Below, piece by piece: positions 52,389 to 62,567 of a stretch of DNA of 64,000 nt (the first letter of the stretch is position 1; the number at the start of each line of letters is the position of its first letter). The stretch is taken from positions 32,001 through 96,000 of the forward strand of contig JBMNJT010000008.1 in the NCBI GenBank assembly GCA_050951805.1, written 5' to 3'. The position numbers and the translations under genes are program-made. This DNA comes from Bacillota bacterium. GTDB lineage: Bacteria > Bacillota > DTU025. The notes below the pieces were generated by a model, which saw nothing but the letters and a program-made list of their open reading frames with translations, was not told where the DNA came from and did not search any database.

Positions 52389-55300
52389 GTGTTGAAATAC
52401 GGAGAACTCATCCAGTTTGACCCCATCGAAAGAGTGATCGAGCTGCGGGCAGCTAACCAAGTGGAAGAGGCCAAGAATCTAGTTGAGACTTATGTGATCT
52501 CAGAAGACATGGCTGACAAGCTGACAGGGATCATAATTCCCCATCTTCAATTTGAGGAACCCATGGATAACATGGGACTTCTTATCGTTGGCAATTACGG
52601 AACAGGCAAATCACATTTGATGGCTGTTATCTCGTCCATCGCCGAGCATTCCGACCTTGTACCCTACCTAACTAATGAAGACGTTGCAGCACAGGCGGGG
52701 AAGATAGCAGGGAAGTTCAAGGTAGTGAGAATAGAGATCGGCGGCATGACGATGCCGCTCCGCAACATTGTCACAGGCGAGATCGAGAAGAGTCTGAGGC
52801 AGTGGGGCATAGAATTTGCCTTTCCTGACATGAACGAGGTTCATAGCAACAAGCCCGCGTTTGAAGAGATGATGGCGCTTTTCAGCGACAAGTACCAAGG
52901 CCAAGGGTTGCTCGTGGTAGTTGACGAGCTTCTTGACTATCTCCGCTCACGCAATGACCAGGAAATTGTCTTGGACCTTAGCTTCTTGCGCGAAGTGGGT
53001 GAGATATGCAAGAACCTGAGATTCCGCTTCATTGCCGGCACACAAGAGGCCATTTTTGACAGCCCCAGGTTTTCTTTTGTTGCAGATAGTCTGCGCCGGG
53101 TCAAGGACAGGTTCGAGCAAGTGCTAATAGTGAGACAGGACGTAAAATTCGTTGTCAGTGAACGTTTGCTAAAGAAAACTCCCAAACAGGAGGCTCTCAT
53201 ACGCGATTACTTGACTCCCTTTGCCAAGTTCTACGGCAACATGAATGAGCGGATGGACGAATTCGTCCGCCTGTTTCCTGTGCACCCCGATTACATTGAC
53301 ACGTTTGAGAGAATAACTGTTGCTGAGAAGCGGGAGATCCTCAAAACGCTGTCTGCGTCCATGAAAGAGTTGCTTGACAAGGATGTGCCCCAAGATCGCC
53401 CGGGACTCTTGGCTTATGACAGCTACTGGGCGATTCTGAAGAGCAATCCTGTTTTCCGTGCTGAACCTGACATACGCTCAGTAATCAAGTGTAGTGAAGT
53501 TCTCGAAGACCGCATTAGACATGCATTTACCAGGCCTGTGTATATGGATATGGCGATTCGGATCATCCATGGCCTGTCAATTCATCGACTGACCACGAGC
53601 GATATCCATGCTCCGTTGGGCGCCACGCCGGGGGAGCTCAGGGATACACTCTGTCTTTATCAGCCATTTATTGAAGAACTCGGCGGCGAACCGGCAGAGG
53701 ATCTCAGAGGTCAGGTTGAGACGGTTTTGGGAGAGATCTACAAGACGGTAAATGGCCAGTTCATTTCGTCAAACCCCGACAACGGCCAGTACTATCTTGA
53801 CCTAGGCAAAACTGTTGATTATGATGCGTTGATTAGAAGAAGGGCTGAGAGCCTTGATGGGTCACAACTGGATCGATATTACTATGAAGCGCTGAAACGT
53901 GTTATGGAGTGCACGGACGAAACCTATGTCATGGGCTATCGTATTTGGCAGCACGAATTGGAGTGGACTCAACGGAAAGCGGCGCGGACAGGTTATCTGT
54001 TTTTTGGCGCGCCCAATGAACGTTCTACAGCAGTTCCTCCACGGGACTTTTACATCTACTTCATCCAGCCCTATGGGCCTCCTCAGTATAAGGACGAGAA
54101 CAAGGCAGATGAGGTCTTTTTCCATCTGAGAGGTGTCGATGATGATCTCGTCGGCAAGCTGCGGAGCTATGCTGCAGCCGTAGATTTGGCTTCCACTTCG
54201 TCTGGTCCCGCCAAGACGGTCTACCAATCAAAAGAACGGGAATTCTTGCGTGACTTGGTGGAGTGGCTTCGAAAGAACATGACCACGGCTTTTGATGTAA
54301 CCTATCAAGGAAAGACAAAGAAGCTCATTGAATGGATGAGGGGCGACGCGGTCCTGCCAAGGACTGAACATCTTAATGTTCGCGAGATAATTGATGCAGT
54401 CTGCTCTGCATGCTTGGAGGGAAGTTTCCAGGATCAGGCGCCACAGTATCCGACATTCTCGGTGCATATAACTGGCAAGAATCGATCTCAAGCTGCACAG
54501 GATGCGCTCCGTGCAATAGCCGGCCAGTCTCGGACGAAACAGGCAACCGCTGTTTTGGATGCGCTCGAGCTTTTGGATGGGGATCGCCTGGTTCCGGGCG
54601 GGTCAAGGTATGCTAAGTACATCATGGAAACTCTGAAAAACAAAGGCGATGGGCAGGTGGTCAACAGATCTGAGTTGATCGAGGGCATCTATGATGTTGA
54701 GTACTTGGCTCCGCAGTCTTTCAGGCTTGAGCCAGAATGGGTAGTTGTTGTTTTGGCTGCTCTCGTATACTCCGGCGATATAGTTTTGGCTGTTCCCGGG
54801 AACAAGTTTGATGCAACTAATCTGTCCCTTCTTGCTGCTACATCTGTTGATGATCTGGTTAACTTCAAACACATAGAAATGCCCAAGGAATGGAAGCTCC
54901 CGGCAATCAAAGCCCTTTTTGAATTAGTTGGCTTGAGTCCTGGTATGGCGCGATATGTCACTACTGGCGATACTGAGCCTGTACAGCAACTCCAGAAGGC
55001 GATCGCCGATATTTTAGAAAGGCTTGTCCTTGCACAACAACATGTACAGAGCGGACTGAAGTTTTGGAATTGCAGTCTGTTGAGCGAAGACAAGATTCAG
55101 GCACTAGATGCGCAGTTAGAAAAGACGAAATCATTCCTTGAGTCGCTGCAGACTTACTCATCGCCTGGGAGGCTCAAGAATTTCCGGTACAGTGAAGATG
55201 ATGTGAACTGCCACCGGTGTGGGCTGGAGGCTCTTGAGGATGTGGAGGCTTTGCATGGCATTATCATTGATCTTGAGCCTGTGGCTTCCTATCTTTCTAC

Positions 55301-56105
55301 AGCTGGGGCTGTTCTGCCTGCAGACCATCATTGGGTTTTGCGCATGGAGAAAGTCAAAAAAGACGTGTTGGACAGTTTCGCTGACCGGAATGCCAGAGAG
55401 CAACCAAGTTTTCGACGGGATGTTTTGCGGGATATGAACGATCTGAAGGAGTCCTATATCGATACTTATATGGAGCTACATGCACGGTCAAGGTTGGGGG
55501 TCAACGCGGATGAGCGCAAGAGTAAGCTGTTGCGAGATAGACGGTTGGAATCGCTTCAAAAGCTATGCACCATAGAGCTAATGCCCCGGCAGCAGTTAAC
55601 GGACTTCCAGAACCGCCTGGCAGGGCTGAAGAGCTGTTTTGTGCTTACGAAAAAGGATCTCGACGTGCCGCCCACATGCCCATATTGCGGTTACAGGCCT
55701 GGTCTTGAAGCATTGGGGGCTTCAGCGGAGGCACTCTTGGAGGGCCTAGACAATGAGCTCGATGAGCTGCTCTCTAGCTGGACAAAGATACTACTGGCTA
55801 ACCTTGAGGATCCATCGATCAGAGAAAACATGGCCTTGCTTCGGGCGGAAGACCGTCGCGTTATCAATGAGTTCGTGAACAGTGGCGAGCTCCCCGATCC
55901 TATCGAACAGGAATTTCTTGGGCCCGTGCAGGAGCTGCTTTCAGGGCTGGAAAAAGTCGTTGTCAAAACAGACGACATCCGTGATGCGTTGCTGGCAGGT
56001 GGATGCCCCATGACCGTGGATGAGATGAAGGGGCGTTTCGATGCTTACCTGAATGAATGTGTAAAAGGCAAGGAAGCCGGCAGAATTAGAATCGTATTGG
56101 AATAG
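52389..56105 (+). CDS. brxC: BREX type 3 BrxC-like ATPase (DUF6079-like; start approximate)
   Basis: [23 protein letters not shown]; sits between brxF and the methyltransferase. Confidence 0.82.
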   Translation: MLKYGELIQFDPIERVIELRAANQVEEAKNLVETYVISEDMADKLTGIIIPHLQFEEPMDNMGLLIVGNYGTGKSHLMAVISSIAEHSDLVPYLTNEDVAAQAGKIAGKFKVVRIEIGGMTMPLRNIVTGEIEKSLRQWGIEFAFPDMNEVHSNKPAFEEMMALFSDKYQGQGLLVVVDELLDYLRSRNDQEIVLDLSFLREVGEICKNLRFRFIAGTQEAIFDSPRFSFVADSLRRVKDRFEQVLIVRQDVKFVVSERLLKKTPKQEALIRDYLTPFAKFYGNMNERMDEFVRLFPVHPDYIDTFERITVAEKREILKTLSASMKELLDKDVPQDRPGLLAYDSYWAILKSNPVFRAEPDIRSVIKCSEVLEDRIRHAFTRPVYMDMAIRIIHGLSIHRLTTSDIHAPLGATPGELRDTLCLYQPFIEELGGEPAEDLRGQVETVLGEIYKTVNGQFISSNPDNGQYYLDLGKTVDYDALIRRRAESLDGSQLDRYYYEALKRVMECTDETYVMGYRIWQHELEWTQRKAARTGYLFFGAPNERSTAVPPRDFYIYFIQPYGPPQYKDENKADEVFFHLRGVDDDLVGKLRSYAAAVDLASTSSGPAKTVYQSKEREFLRDLVEWLRKNMTTAFDVTYQGKTKKLIEWMRGDAVLPRTEHLNVREIIDAVCSACLEGSFQDQAPQYPTFSVHITGKNRSQAAQDALRAIAGQSRTKQATAVLDALELLDGDRLVPGGSRYAKYIMETLKNKGDGQVVNRSELIEGIYDVEYLAPQSFRLEPEWVVVVLAALVYSGDIVLAVPGNKFDATNLSLLAATSVDDLVNFKHIEMPKEWKLPAIKALFELVGLSPGMARYVTTGDTEPVQQLQKAIADILERLVLAQQHVQSGLKFWNCSLLSEDKIQALDAQLEKTKSFLESLQTYSSPGRLKNFRYSEDDVNCHRCGLEALEDVEALHGIIIDLEPVASYLSTAGAVLPADHHWVLRMEKVKKDVLDSFADRNAREQPSFRRDVLRDMNDLKESYIDTYMELHARSRLGVNADERKSKLLRDRRLESLQKLCTIELMPRQQLTDFQNRLAGLKSCFVLTKKDLDVPPTCPYCGYRPGLEALGASAEALLEGLDNELDELLSSWTKILLANLEDPSIRENMALLRAEDRRVINEFVNSGELPDPIEQEFLGPVQELLSGLEKVVVKTDDIRDALLAGGCPMTVDEMKGRFDAYLNECVKGKEAGRIRIVLE

Positions 56106-56117
56106 GAGTGCTAGATC

Positions 56118-58940
56118 ATGAAGGATAGCAGGCAGATGAGGCTCCTAGCGGTAGAGGGCGATGTTCAACCCGGAGGCCCCGTGGAGTGTCTGGGGAGGAC
56201 TTTTGAGAATGACGAAGCGCGGCGAGATTACTTCAAGGATGAACTCAGGAAGAAGCTCGCTGACCCTGAATTCCGCAAGATTGAGGGGTTTCCAATCGGT
56301 GCGGACGAGGATATTCTTACACTGTCGGATCCGCCGTACTACACAGCATGCCCTAACCCCTTTATCGATGATTTCATAGAGTATTACGGCAAGCCTTATG
56401 ATCCTGATGAAGAATATCGTAAGGAGCCCTTTGCTGCGGATGTTAGTGAAGGGAAGAACGATCCCATTTACAACGCTCATTCCTACCATACTAAGGTGCC
56501 GCACAAGGCTGTCATGCGTTACATATTGCACTATACCGAACCAGGCGACATAGTCTTCGATGGATTCTGCGGTACCGGCATGACAGGGGTTGCGGCCCAA
56601 TTGTGCGGAGATCGGGCTGAAGTCGAGTCGTTAGGCTACAAGGTAGACAAGCATGGGACGATTCACGACAAGGAAACTGATGCAGATGGGAAGACTGTTT
56701 GGCAGCCATTTTCCAAGCTTGGCGCAAGACGGGCTGTGTTGAATGATCTCTCGCCTGCGGCAACGTTTATTGCGTACAACTACAACACACCAGTAGATGT
56801 AGTGGAGTTCGAAAGAGAGGCCAAACGTATTCTTGCGGAAGTAGAAGAAGAATGCGGGTGGATGTATGAGACTTTCCACACCGATGGAAAGACCAAAGGC
56901 CGCATTAACTACACAGTATGGTCAGATGTATTTGTGTGCCCTGAATGCTCACATGAGCTAGTGTTTTGGGATGCGGCAGTGGACCAGGATGCCGGTAAGG
57001 TACATAAGGAGTTCCCTTGTCCATACTGTAACGCTAGCCTCACGAAACGTAGCATGGAACGTGCATGGGTTACAAGATTCGACAAAGCGCTCAATCAGAC
57101 TGTGAAACAAGCAAAGCAGGTTCCCGTATTGATAAACTACAGCATAGGTAGGAAACGATTTGAAAAGCAACCAGATGACTTTGATCTCGCGCTCATCAAG
57201 CAGATTGAAGATGCTGATATTCCTTATTGGTATCCGACTTATCGGATGCCAGAAGGCGATGAGTCAAGGCGTAATGACGATATAGGCATTACTCATGTGC
57301 ATCATTTCTATACGAAGAGGAGCTTGTGGGTATTAGCAGGCCTAGCCAACACAATAGCAGAGATTCGTTCTCACAGACTACGTCAGGCTCTCTTCTTTGG
57401 GCTCACCAGTGTGATACAAGGCCATTGTAAACTAAACAGATTTCGTTTTAACGTGTCTTTCCCATCCAACGTAATGTCTGGCACTTTGTACATCTCTTCC
57501 ATGACAAGAGAGAGCAATATTGTCGACCAGCTGAGAAACAGGTATCTCCTACGCTTAAGACCAGTGTTCGCCTCTTGTCACGATCCCAGCAAGCAGACTG
57601 GTATTGCTATCTTCACTTCTGATGCATCAGTGAGTCTCTTCGAAAGCTCTTGTTGTGATTATGTGTTCACTGACCCACCTTTCGGCGGAAACTTGATGTA
57701 TTCGGAGCTGAACTTTCTATGGGAATCATGGCTCAAGATTCTCACTAATAATGAACCAGAAGCTATTGAAAACAGAGTCCAAGGCAAAGGACTCGCGGAA
57801 TATCAAGGATTGATGACTCGTTGCTTCCAGGAATACTATCGGGTCCTGAAACCCGGCAGGTGGATGACTGTGGAGTTCCATAACTCCAAAAACAGCGTAT
57901 GGAACGCAATACAAGAAGCCCTACAGTGTGCTGGTTTCGTAGTTGCAGATGTCCGTGTTCTTGACAAAGGGCAGGGAACCTTTAAACAGGTTACTAGCAC
58001 AAGTGCTGTAAAGCAAGATCTTGTCATCTCTGCCTACAAGCCCGACGGCGGTTTGGAAGAACGCTTTCGGCTCCAAGCCGGCACGCAGGATGGGGCATGG
58101 GATTTTGTCCGGACTCACCTGAGACAGCTCCCAGTCTTTGTGGCCAAAGACGGGAAGGCTGAGGTAATAGCCGAAAGGCAAAACTACCTTTTGTATGATC
58201 GCATGGTGGCGTTCCACGTACAGCGTGGGGTAACGGTTCCTTTGTCAGCAGCAGAGTTCTACCAGGGGTTGAATCAGCGTTTCCCTGAGCGAGATGGGAT
58301 GTACTTCTTACCTGATCAGGTTTCAGAGTATGACAAGAAACGCATGACTGCTAGAGAGCTACAGCAGCTTCAGCTTTTCGTGACTGATGAGTCTTCGGCT
58401 ATTCAATGGCTCAAACAGCAGCTGGATGCTAAGCCCCAAACCTTCCAAGAAATCCATCCCCAATTCTTGAAGGAGATCGGAGGCTGGCAGAAACATGAGA
58501 AGCCATTGGAGCTTCTAGATCTGTTGCATGAGAACTTCCTGCGGTATGACGGAGTAGGCGAGGTACCAAGTCAAATCCATAGCTACCTATCTAGCAATTA
58601 CAAGGACCTGCGGAATCTCTCAAAGGAGGATGCGGCCCTTCAAGCCAAGGCAAAGGATCGCTGGTATGTGCCTGATCCGAACAAGGCTGCTGACATTGAG
58701 AAGCTCCGTGAGAGAGCACTTCTTCGGGAATTCGAAGAATACAGGGAATCGAAACAGCGAAGGCTGAAGGTCTTCCGGTTGGAGGCTGTTCGCGCTGGTT
58801 TCCAAAAGGCGTGGGCCGAGCGCGATTATCAGACTATTATCGATGTGGCACACAAGATTCCTGAACAGGTTCTTCAGGAAGATCCGAAGTTGCTCATGTG
58901 GTACGACCAGGCGTCAATGAGAGTGGGGGGAGAAGCATGA
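56118..58940 (+). CDS. pglXI: BREX type 3 amino-DNA methyltransferase PglXI
   Basis: HSYHTKVP, FDGFCGTGMTG, CPEC/CPYC, catalytic TDPPF. Confidence 0.85.
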   Translation: MKDSRQMRLLAVEGDVQPGGPVECLGRTFENDEARRDYFKDELRKKLADPEFRKIEGFPIGADEDILTLSDPPYYTACPNPFIDDFIEYYGKPYDPDEEYRKEPFAADVSEGKNDPIYNAHSYHTKVPHKAVMRYILHYTEPGDIVFDGFCGTGMTGVAAQLCGDRAEVESLGYKVDKHGTIHDKETDADGKTVWQPFSKLGARRAVLNDLSPAATFIAYNYNTPVDVVEFEREAKRILAEVEEECGWMYETFHTDGKTKGRINYTVWSDVFVCPECSHELVFWDAAVDQDAGKVHKEFPCPYCNASLTKRSMERAWVTRFDKALNQTVKQAKQVPVLINYSIGRKRFEKQPDDFDLALIKQIEDADIPYWYPTYRMPEGDESRRNDDIGITHVHHFYTKRSLWVLAGLANTIAEIRSHRLRQALFFGLTSVIQGHCKLNRFRFNVSFPSNVMSGTLYISSMTRESNIVDQLRNRYLLRLRPVFASCHDPSKQTGIAIFTSDASVSLFESSCCDYVFTDPPFGGNLMYSELNFLWESWLKILTNNEPEAIENRVQGKGLAEYQGLMTRCFQEYYRVLKPGRWMTVEFHNSKNSVWNAIQEALQCAGFVVADVRVLDKGQGTFKQVTSTSAVKQDLVISAYKPDGGLEERFRLQAGTQDGAWDFVRTHLRQLPVFVAKDGKAEVIAERQNYLLYDRMVAFHVQRGVTVPLSAAEFYQGLNQRFPERDGMYFLPDQVSEYDKKRMTARELQQLQLFVTDESSAIQWLKQQLDAKPQTFQEIHPQFLKEIGGWQKHEKPLELLDLLHENFLRYDGVGEVPSQIHSYLSSNYKDLRNLSKEDAALQAKAKDRWYVPDPNKAADIEKLRERALLREFEEYRESKQRRLKVFRLEAVRAGFQKAWAERDYQTIIDVAHKIPEQVLQEDPKLLMWYDQASMRVGGEA

Positions 58941-61900
58941 CGACCCACATTTCTGCACGCATTGCATGGCATGACGATGGTTGGAATGGTCACATCTGCA
59001 AGAACCCTGCAGCCAATACCTTCTGTGTTGGGAACCACTCATACCCTGGCCAGTATATCGCTGAGAACCGTTGCCTTGAATGGGAGAATAGCCATGCGGG
59101 CCAATACTGTGGGCAGCTGGATAGGTTTCCGCCGTGCTGCTACAGCATCAATGCATTCGGGAGCAGCGATATCATGGCAGAATCGAGTCCCCCTGATTGG
59201 TTCAATAACGAAACAGAAACTCGCCAATGGACGATTCCACCTGCAACTGTGTGCATATGGCCATATGAGGTCATGTACACGGAAGACGTGCGCCGAGACG
59301 GACACTTCGATTGCGATCGACGCCTTCAAAACGCACGAGAATACTTCGGAGAGATTGAATCCGGCAGAAGCCTTATCTTTTACTACAGCAACTACTCGAA
59401 CCCATTCAGCGAGGATGATGCAAAGCGCTATGTATTGGTTGGCGTGTCAAGGATAAAGTCGGTAGGCGAAGAGCTTTTTTACGAGGGATGCTCTAAGCAG
59501 GTAATGGAGAGCTATGGCGGCTTTGTCTGGCAGCGGAATGTGACTTCATGTTACCCGGACCAAGGTTTCAGAATCCCGTATCACAGGTATCGCAATGAGC
59601 CCGAGATATTGAACAGAATAGCATTGTTTCCCGACAACCCCCGCGTCTGCAAATACGCAACACGTCACATGTCCGACGATGATGCTCTTGGATTGCTCGA
59701 AGGCTTCCTAAGAGTCGTCTATACACTACGAGAGATCGGCGACGATTCTGAAGACTGGGAGAGGCGCGCCGAATGGCTGGAAGGCCTCATTGCTGAACTG
59801 TGGCGGCATAGAGGGCTTCTTCCTGGGACCGGAGCTGTTTTGAATGTTCTCGGCATGACAGCCGCCATCCCATATTTCAAGCAAAAGGCACTAGATGGGG
59901 CAGAAAAGGAAGCTCATGCTGAGATTTTCAGTCTCCTAGCCGGGGAAGTGGATAAGATACCTGGTTTGAGGATAACTCCGGACCAATGTAAGAAGGCTAG
60001 GCGTCAATGGAGACTCAGAACAGAGCAGGAACAGAATCTCCTGCGAGATGCTCTTCCCAGGTTCGATTTGGAGGCGGCTCAGATTGAGAAGATTCTGAGT
60101 GAACGCAGATCAGAGAACGGGATTGCCGCGGAGCTGTTGGAGATAATAAGCAATCCATATACTCTCTCGGAGCAATACTCGGGAGATGACCCCGACGACC
60201 TGATTTCGTGGGGAACCATTGATCGTGGCATGATTCCTTCGCCCGAGCTTGGAGGCGAATCCTTGGCCGAGCTCGATGACCCCTGCAGATTTCGGGCTTT
60301 GCTTGTGAACGAGCTAAGGCAGGAAAATGAGCACACTTTCGTGCCTTCTAGACACTTGCTGTCAGCTGTGAACTACCGTCTTGAAAGGCTTCCGGAGTGG
60401 AAACGCTTTCAGTTCCATGAACGATATATCGAGGCGGATGCCGACGAATTGAGCGAGGCATTGCATATCCGTTCAGATGGCGAGAACACTTACATATATC
60501 TCAAGACAGTCTATGAAGACGAACGGCTAATCGAAGACAAGATCAACTTCCTGCTGAGCGGCCCCGACATAGAGCTGAGTTCCCCGGTAACAGAGGTTAA
60601 CTGGAAGAGCTATCTCTATAGGACTGACAGCACTCTGGCTCAGAAAGCCGAAGAAGAGTATAGGAAGATTATTGAAGACCAGATAGAGGCCTGCCAGCAA
60701 GTCTTCATACGACCGTTGAGCGTCATATCAGGCGAAGCCGGCAGTGGAAAAACCACGGTCATCAATGCCATTATCAAAGCCATCAAGAAGGGGCATGGTG
60801 TTGGCACTCCAGTCATCGCCCTGGCTCCCACTGGAAAGGCTGCTGACCGGATTAGAGAAGTCCTTGAAGGCGATGATGCGGTTCCGGGGAGTGTCGAAGT
60901 GGCCACGATTCATTCGTTTCTAGCCCAACGTGGATGGATGAATCCTAACATGACATTTAGGCGGTCGGGGGGACGTGTCGAGGCCGGATACAATACCTAT
61001 ATCATTGATGAGTCTTCTATGCTTGACTTGTCCTTGATCGCCTGCTTCTTCCGTGCCGTACAGTGGCCATCAGTGCAGCGGCTGATCTTTGTGGGTGATC
61101 CCAATCAGCTTCCTCCGATAGGGCGAGGGCGATTTTTTGCGGACCTCATTTCCCACCTTGGGGCTGAGGCGCCCGAGAGTGTCGCGTTTCTCAAACACAA
61201 TCTTCGTCAGATGGAAGCAAGGTTGGTAGGTAGTGGCTCTGGCATCATCGATCTGGCGAAATGCTACCTGAACGTGCCGCTCCTAGAAGCAAAAGATGAA
61301 GACGCGGATATACATGCGGAGATCATGCTGCAGAAAATCAGTGAAGGCGGCGACATCAGTGATGATCTTCGAGTGCTCTATTGGAATACCCAAGAGGAAC
61401 TTAACCACCTTCTATTGACTCTGATTGAAGAGGACATGGTACGCGATATCTCTAGCCGCGGAAATAATGTTAGTGCAATCGAAGACAAACCTTGGGAGTT
61501 GTGGAACAAAGCGTTTGATGAAAAACCAGACTATCTTCAGATCATTACCCCATACAGGGGTGGGTTCTTTGGGACTGAAGAGATTAATCGCATTTGCCAA
61601 CAGCATGTACGCAAAGGGATCCTTGAGCGGGTAGGAGCTATTGACGGCATTACGCTATTTGATAAAGTCATTCAGATTGTAAATCGCCCTAGCTCCCGCA
61701 AGATCAACGCCTATAATTGGTGTACAAGGCAAGTTGAAGGCGTAGAGGTTTTCAACGGCCAGTTGGGATTCGTCCGCCTACATCCATTTGATCGTAAGGA
61801 AATGAGACGTCCGAGCTTTCGGCTTCAACGATTTCAGGTAGTCTTCGCGCGACGGAGTCACCTGGCAGTGGGTTATGGTCGAGGGCTTGGTGGAAGCTCC

Positions 61901-62554
61901 CCCAACGAATCTGTTGAAGAGAATTTGGAGCTGGCATACGCATTGTCAATACACAAGGCGCAGGGGAGCGATTTTCAGAGAGTCTATGTAGTAATTCCCA
62001 AGCAGAAGCAGAGCATGCTGTCTACAGAGCTATTCTACACTGCATTGACGAGAGCCCGGAAGCACTGCACCATACTGATAGAGGAGAACATGTTGCCCCT
62101 TATCGACATGCGGCGTCCAGAGTTTGCTCGTCTGAACAAGATCAACTCGTCCCTATTCAGCTTTCAGCCCGTACCAGATGATCTTCTGGATATGCCCAGA
62201 TGGCATGAAGAAGGCTTGATACATCAGACTATCGCGCCTGATGTAATGGTGCGTTCTAAATCCGAAGTGATAATAGCAAACATGCTTCAGGAACGCGGAA
62301 TTCCATTCAGGTATGAACAACCCCTACGCGCACCTAACGGCACTTTCTACTTACCGGACTTCACAGTAATCTGGCGAGGGACGGAGTATTATTGGGAGCA
62401 CTTAGGATTGCTCCATTGCGATGATTACCGGCGCCACTGGGAGAAGAAGCAGGCATGGTATGCGCGGTTCTTTCCTGGCCGTCTGATTATTACTGAGGAA
62501 TCAGGAAAATTGAGCCGTGATGCAGACGAGGTAATTCGAAGCCACTTCAGTTGA
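58937..62554 (+). CDS. RecD-like SF1B helicase with an unknown N-terminal domain and a putative C-terminal PD-(D/E)XK-like nuclease
   Basis: GEAGSGKT, LAPTGKAA, IDESSM, GDPNQLPP, HKAQGS, YTALTRA; tail RSKSE...YE...PDF...WEHLG. Confidence 0.85.
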   Translation: MTTHISARIAWHDDGWNGHICKNPAANTFCVGNHSYPGQYIAENRCLEWENSHAGQYCGQLDRFPPCCYSINAFGSSDIMAESSPPDWFNNETETRQWTIPPATVCIWPYEVMYTEDVRRDGHFDCDRRLQNAREYFGEIESGRSLIFYYSNYSNPFSEDDAKRYVLVGVSRIKSVGEELFYEGCSKQVMESYGGFVWQRNVTSCYPDQGFRIPYHRYRNEPEILNRIALFPDNPRVCKYATRHMSDDDALGLLEGFLRVVYTLREIGDDSEDWERRAEWLEGLIAELWRHRGLLPGTGAVLNVLGMTAAIPYFKQKALDGAEKEAHAEIFSLLAGEVDKIPGLRITPDQCKKARRQWRLRTEQEQNLLRDALPRFDLEAAQIEKILSERRSENGIAAELLEIISNPYTLSEQYSGDDPDDLISWGTIDRGMIPSPELGGESLAELDDPCRFRALLVNELRQENEHTFVPSRHLLSAVNYRLERLPEWKRFQFHERYIEADADELSEALHIRSDGENTYIYLKTVYEDERLIEDKINFLLSGPDIELSSPVTEVNWKSYLYRTDSTLAQKAEEEYRKIIEDQIEACQQVFIRPLSVISGEAGSGKTTVINAIIKAIKKGHGVGTPVIALAPTGKAADRIREVLEGDDAVPGSVEVATIHSFLAQRGWMNPNMTFRRSGGRVEAGYNTYIIDESSMLDLSLIACFFRAVQWPSVQRLIFVGDPNQLPPIGRGRFFADLISHLGAEAPESVAFLKHNLRQMEARLVGSGSGIIDLAKCYLNVPLLEAKDEDADIHAEIMLQKISEGGDISDDLRVLYWNTQEELNHLLLTLIEEDMVRDISSRGNNVSAIEDKPWELWNKAFDEKPDYLQIITPYRGGFFGTEEINRICQQHVRKGILERVGAIDGITLFDKVIQIVNRPSSRKINAYNWCTRQVEGVEVFNGQLGFVRLHPFDRKEMRRPSFRLQRFQVVFARRSHLAVGYGRGLGGSSPNESVEENLELAYALSIHKAQGSDFQRVYVVIPKQKQSMLSTELFYTALTRARKHCTILIEENMLPLIDMRRPEFARLNKINSSLFSFQPVPDDLLDMPRWHEEGLIHQTIAPDVMVRSKSEVIIANMLQERGIPFRYEQPLRAPNGTFYLPDFTVIWRGTEYYWEHLGLLHCDDYRRHWEKKQAWYARFFPGRLIITEESGKLSRDADEVIRSHFS

Positions 62555-62567
62555 TGGGAAGGATAGT

